A stretch of 58,560 bases of DNA, counting the filler, from Sphacelaria rigidula (taxonomy: Eukaryota): assembly GCA_964200075.2 (NCBI GenBank). It is 4 parts of 4 records of this genome, joined end to end, with 100 filler letters (N's around TTAATTAATTAA, not from the genome) between each part and the next. Parts side by side here need not be neighbours in the genome. Positions count along the whole stretch, not along the records: positions 43,999 to 58,560 come from CAXNAA020002179.1; 3 more parts are not named here. One strand, written 5' to 3'. Shown here piece after piece: positions 55,701 to 58,560 of the stretch; the first letter of the stretch is position 1, and each line of letters starts with the position of its first letter. The position numbers and the translations under genes are program-made. The notes beneath the pieces are model-generated. The model saw nothing but the letters and a program-made list of their open reading frames with translations, did not search any database and was not told where the DNA came from.

Positions 55701-57347
55701 GTGTCTATGGGTCAGGGAAGAATAACTGGAATGGACTCAAGGGGTGTTGTGACACAAACCAAAAGCCACTTTCTTTGAGGTTGTCACTTATACAACCGAT
55801 ATTCTTGGGTATGGTGAGGATTTGTCGTATCTTCCTTGTTGTGGATAACACAGTGACAAATGCTACACGATGGGTAATGCATCGTGGGATACTAAGACCC
55901 CACGTGTTACGCCGGTTTTGCGTCTTTTGGGTTACTAGGGCTCCTGAAGCAACCTGCCGAGACGCCCTTCCGGGCCGCGGGAGGCAGTGTAGGCAGTAGG
56001 CAGGCTGAACGAAGCAAAAACACCTCCACATCAAGGCGGCAGTTTGTTTTCTAGATGGAACAGACAACTCGATGAAACAAGGAAGCTGAGAGGTGTGAGC
56101 GTACAAGGTAAAATGGAAAAATCCTACACCCAAGTTGATCTCGGATTTTTCCACACGCGCTTCGCTCCTTCTGGTCGTGTCGCTTTGTGCCATTAGTCCT
56201 AATTTCGTCCCCGCGTTGTGCTCAACCTGGTGCCACAATGTTCTTGAAAACCTGTCCCGTTCAAGCTTATGAGGAAACTTCGGGTGCCCCCCTCACTTAA
56301 TTTATAAATCTTCGAGATTTACCGTTTTCGATACAGTACGCGTACAGTCTTCCTCGAGATGTCCCTGCGTTCGAAAATGCCCGGTTGTAGTTGCATTATT
56401 TGAGTCATCACGAACACACCAGTGAGCGGACCGTAACCGCGCAGCATAAAACTTCTGTAGTATCCACTCGACTCATGAAGGAAGAGTGACCGCCTAGCAA
56501 TTAGCCACGGCACAAGGCACCTGATACGTTGGCAAGCTGGAAGCCTGTAGGTGTGTGGGGAGGCGGCGGGATAGGCATGGCACCTCACGTACAAAACATG
56601 GGGCTGCGATATAGGTCTGCGATGTTGATCCTTGGAGGGGTGATGTCACGTATGATGTAATCACGGTCAACTTGACGTCATGAGTCAAACGTACACTAGC
56701 ACCACGTAGGCTCATACACTCCCAGTGTACTGTGAACACAACAGATGATCTTCAGAACATTACTAGGGAGCAGGTGTGTTCCACAGCCAGAACCAGAACA
56801 GAAAACATTGCAGCCTACAGATGAAGATAGTTATTGTTCTTGTATCTATGCGACACAACAATGGACAGGCTCGGAGACAGAGCAGAGAGTGGGTGCGAGT
56901 AGACACGTGCAGTCGTGCGCGTGGTAGCTTGGATAGGAGGCCCAACCCAAACTCCGACCGGGCAATTCCAATTTTCTTCGCGTACAGGAAACGTAGCTTG
57001 CTTCGCTGCACATCAACACAATCACGGTCACATACCGTGCGAGTTGATTCGTCCGCAGCGAGGATACCCTTGCCGCGAGTCGCCAGTGCCTGCGCTGTGG
57101 CTGCTAATGCTTCCTTTTCCTTCTCGGTGAGCTGCGGCGGGACATCAACAGTGCGTGTGTAGGAATTAGCACGACCCCCATTGCCATTCCGTACACCATT
57201 GGCAGAATGATTTAAACAGCTATTTTCAGGATCTCCGCGTTTTCTGGTTTGTTCAGCTTGGTTCCACAAGATGAATGCCCCCACGACCATTGCCAGAGGG
57301 AGGACAAGAAGTTGCCCGCTGCGCAGCGGATTTTCGGCTGTGGACAT
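49773..57347 (-). CDS. FBA: Fructose-bisphosphate aldolase class I, 6 exons, 447 aa, with an N-terminal hydrophobic extension
   Basis: Exons 57036-57347, 53193-53515, 51997-52171, 51706-51825, 50991-51212 and 49773-49964; all introns GT-AG and in frame (1344 nt). Motifs [40 protein letters not shown] (Schiff-base Lys), [12 protein letters not shown] and SFSFGRSLQ. Confidence 0.96.
50603..50859. mobile_element. MITE family E (TIR CGRRCAGCTCATGAGCTAGCTACCT, 4-bp TSD ACAT) in the last FBA intron
   Basis: acat|cgggcagctcatgagatacctacct ... aggtagctagctcatgagctgttcg|acat. Confidence 0.7.
52580..52731 (-). mobile_element. Retroelement-like 3' end (same family as 33385)
   Basis: Direct alignment with 33385-33542. 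Confidence 0.7.
52811..53135 (+). mobile_element. tRNA-derived SINE S1, near full length
   Basis: A-box-like TGGCTCAGG, B-box-like GGTTTGAATC, shared body and a CA-rich tail. Confidence 0.85.
53810..54164 (+). mobile_element. tRNA-derived SINE S1, near full length
   Basis: A-box TGGCTCAGCTGG, B-box-like GGATTCAAGT, shared body and a (CA)n tail. Confidence 0.88.
54805..54965 (+). repeat. Degenerate telomeric tract followed by a tandemly duplicated ~55-bp MITE-B-related motif
   Basis: aactctgaccccaaccttaactc, then caaggcat.c.gagaac...ttgggcaat.ggggcgcag...cctaggc twice. Confidence 0.6.
55090..55431 (-). mobile_element. tRNA-derived SINE S1
   Basis: The reverse complement starts ggcggtcgccccagTGGCTTAGTTGGtaacctcgaaacc and the body matches the other copies. 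Confidence 0.85.
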
Positions 57348-57608
57348 AACTCTTAGTTGTCGTATTTTTCGTCTGTATCACAAGCTGTCAGCAAAATAGA
57401 ATATCTCCGGCCCGCCCGCGTGGGGCTTTGGGGTGTGCGATCACCATATTTTTTCAATTAACATATTTCCCTGAGGTATAGAATCAGACCCGTTTCCCGT
57501 TGTTCAATCGTCCGTTTATTTCGATTTTTCTGGACGATCAGACCCCGCGGTCAAGGTCTGAATTCCTGGGGGCACACCACAGATTCCCCGGCATTGGACG
57601 GCGTGTAC
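57348..57608. promoter_or_regulatory. Probable bidirectional promoter shared by FBA and TEN1
   Basis: 261 bp lie between the divergent start codons at 57347 (-) and 57609 (+). Confidence 0.6.
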
Positions 57609-58294
57609 ATGGACGTATCGATCGAGGCAGGAAAAATCCAGCTTGTGCGTGAAATTCTGTACGATGGAATAACCGGTGCAGTCAGAGTTGTGGGCAGGTG
57701 CGCGCACAACTACAGTATATCGCGTGCTCGCCCCTCATGTATTGATAGTTGAGTTCGCAGTGTCGTCCGTACAGACCGTATTTGAAGTTTAACCACGGTA
57801 CGGTAGTGCAGTAGTGCGCTATAGACAACCGTAGAGAGATTACCGTACGCTTGACGACCGAATGTGCGTGATAATGTCGTAGATTTCACTGCAGGTCCAA
57901 GAATCAAAAGAAAGTATCACAAAAACGATACACATGTTCATAGCGACCGCTGATGAGGCCATACATGGCGGGTGGCATCTGCCCATTGGCCGGCAGTAAT
58001 TTCAGAGGGCCAAACGTGACGGTGTTTAGCACCCCCTCCAGTATGGGTACGCACGTGCACCCTCTCCGACACTCCCTTGTTCCTCCGCCCCTCATGCTTA
58101 CGTTGCTCGCATTGTTTACTACAAAACGCAACAACTCAAAAACGGACTCGCGATGCAGTTTGAAGAGCTACGACGCGGGCGCAGACGTGGCGGTAATAGA
58201 GTACAAGGGGGATCGTCTGTCGATAGACGCGTCGCTACTTCCTGGCTTCCAGTTCCGTACCGACTCTCTCTACGAGTTCATAGGAGAGGTACAG
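57609..58294 (+). CDS. TEN1: CST complex subunit TEN1 (OB fold), exons 1-2; the 3' exon lies beyond the window
   Basis: Exon 57609-57697 (MDVSIEAGKIQLVREILYDGITGAVRVVG) joins in phase to 58159-58294 (SLKSYDAGADVAVIEYKGDRLSIDASLLPGFQFRTDSLYEFIGEVQ). This matches the TEN1 pattern VRV.G.L..YD......I.....L.ID...L....FR..SLY.FIGE. Confidence 0.85.
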
Positions 58295-58560
58295 GTGTGT
58301 GTGTTGTGTGTGTGTGTTGTGTGTTGTCGTTCCATTTATTCTGGGCGCCAGTCTACCCCTTTCGGGATATGTGGGCGCATCAGCCGAGGTCACACAGGAG
58401 GAAGGTGAACACAACACAAGAGCTTTTTCTTATTTATTTGTTTTTAGTATCCCACCTTCCTGCTGCGGTGCTTGCCTTTTATTTTTTATCGCGAGAGGGG
58501 TTCAGCAGTCCCCTTCCCTCGTCGACCGTTAAGTCGAATTTTGTGTGCCCACGACATAGT
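58295..58560 (-). mobile_element. 3' part of SINE S1, truncated by the window end
   Basis: Reverse-complement match to 1-250; the (TG)n tail abuts TEN1 exon 2. Confidence 0.88.

Noticed and set aside
57609..58294. Functional link between TEN1 and the nearby telomere-repeat MITEs
   Set aside because: The elements look like dispersed high-copy repeats, so proximity to TEN1 is probably coincidental.

Overview
Intron-rich, repeat-rich eukaryotic genomic DNA in a draft scaffold with three N-gaps that carry an artificial TTAATTAATTAA spacer, plus one short N-run. The intron style, TTAGGG repeats and gene content suggest a stramenopile, probably a brown alga; this is an inference. Seven protein-coding genes were reconstructed by hand: (1) a partial AKR7-like aldo-keto reductase (-); (2) a putative mitochondrion-targeted protein (-), head-to-head with (3) an NKAPD1-like protein (+); (4) a partial FAM185A/DUF4097-like gene (-); (5) a partial WD40 protein with a long low-complexity tail (-); (6) a complete 6-exon class I fructose-bisphosphate aldolase (-) with an unusual hydrophobic N-terminus and no C-terminal Tyr, head-to-head with (7) TEN1 of the CST complex (+, partial). 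Mobile DNA includes five copies of a tRNA-derived SINE, several MITE families, an AGCT-rich minisatellite tied to a MITE terminus, and decayed mariner, pogo and Copia relics. The most unusual feature is a set of non-autonomous TIR elements with TGT...ACA ends that carry internal telomeric (TTAGGG)n tracts; two of them show 4-5 bp target-site duplications. One is a 1-kb foldback element with a telomeric loop and a second telomere-bearing MITE nested inside it.
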